This document shows, in pieces, positions 63,450-64,000 of a DNA stretch of 64,000 bases. The stretch's first letter is position 1. Each line of letters starts with the position of its first letter. Made by a program: the position numbers and the translations under genes. A model generated the notes under the pieces. It did no database searches. It was not told where the DNA came from and saw only the letters and a list, made by a program, of their open reading frames with translations. Origin of the DNA: Lingula anatina (taxonomy: Eukaryota > Animalia > Brachiopoda); contig CM120641.1 of NCBI GenBank assembly GCA_051362555.1, positions 7,068,001 through 7,132,000 of the forward strand, read 5' to 3'.

Positions 63450-64000
63450 GAAAGAATTTTGCTGTAAAGAAGAGACTGGGGTCCCGTCAATATTTAAAAA
63501 TTGCGAAAGCAAACTTAAGCTTTACGTCAACCTGTACTTTTCTACATTTTATAACTGTATATCATGTATTTGTAAATAAGTCCTTTAAAAACTTAGAACC
63601 AGTGTGCTTCTCAGAAAAAGTTTCTGTTGCGCCTTGCTCTGCTAGTCTCCTTTGACAAGACAGGCAGCAGAATATTTTTGAGGATCTTTTAACGGCAAAG
63701 TAAGGATGTTGTATCGTTTTTTATTAACGTTAAGGAGAAAAAAATGACCCCACCTTCTGAAGTTTGGCTTTGTAAGTGAAATACAAAGTATCACTTTCCC
63801 AAATAGGTGGGTTTTGTATATAATCCTTGTGAAAATATTTAGCTTGGACTGCGGCGTTGGGATTAGTAGCCTTGGGTAGAATTTGAAAATTGATGGCAAT
63901 AGTTCCTTTAAACCACGGATATTTCAAACGTATTTTTGAACGCTTCCGCGAGCAATTTGTCGGTTTTCCGGTGTTGAGGAAATACTTCAAACAGTGCTAC

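Noticed and set aside
46972-63990. Numerous 60-110-aa ORFs in the right-hand desert
   Set aside because: Low-complexity or random composition, mostly non-ATG starts, and no recognisable domain, including no homeodomain or SIX domain.

Overview
AT-rich animal (invertebrate-like) genomic DNA with spliceosomal introns. In order: two convergent, intronless, paralogous class A GPCR genes (13-1059 +, 3259-4449 -) with a degenerate tRNA-Gln(CTG) between them; a 14-coding-exon ESF1 gene (-) head-to-head with a 4-exon TRMT5 gene (+); about 20 kb of transposon debris (hAT, BEL/Pao, non-LTR, Harbinger Myb/SANT, MITEs with readable target-site duplications); an 8-exon MNAT1 gene (-) convergent with TRMT5; and about 17.7 kb with no recognisable coding sequence but more CpG and several regulatory-like motifs. 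The most notable point is that the convergent MNAT1/TRMT5 pair matches the vertebrate SIX6-SIX1-SIX4-MNAT1-TRMT5 block, so the right-hand desert may be Six-cluster regulatory DNA (inference; no Six gene is visible here). I found no convincing novel multi-gene system. Other findings are splice-site oddities, atypical GPCR motifs and unusual transposon footprints. All exon structures were read by eye from GT/GC-AG sites and protein similarity recalled from known families; no searches were run.
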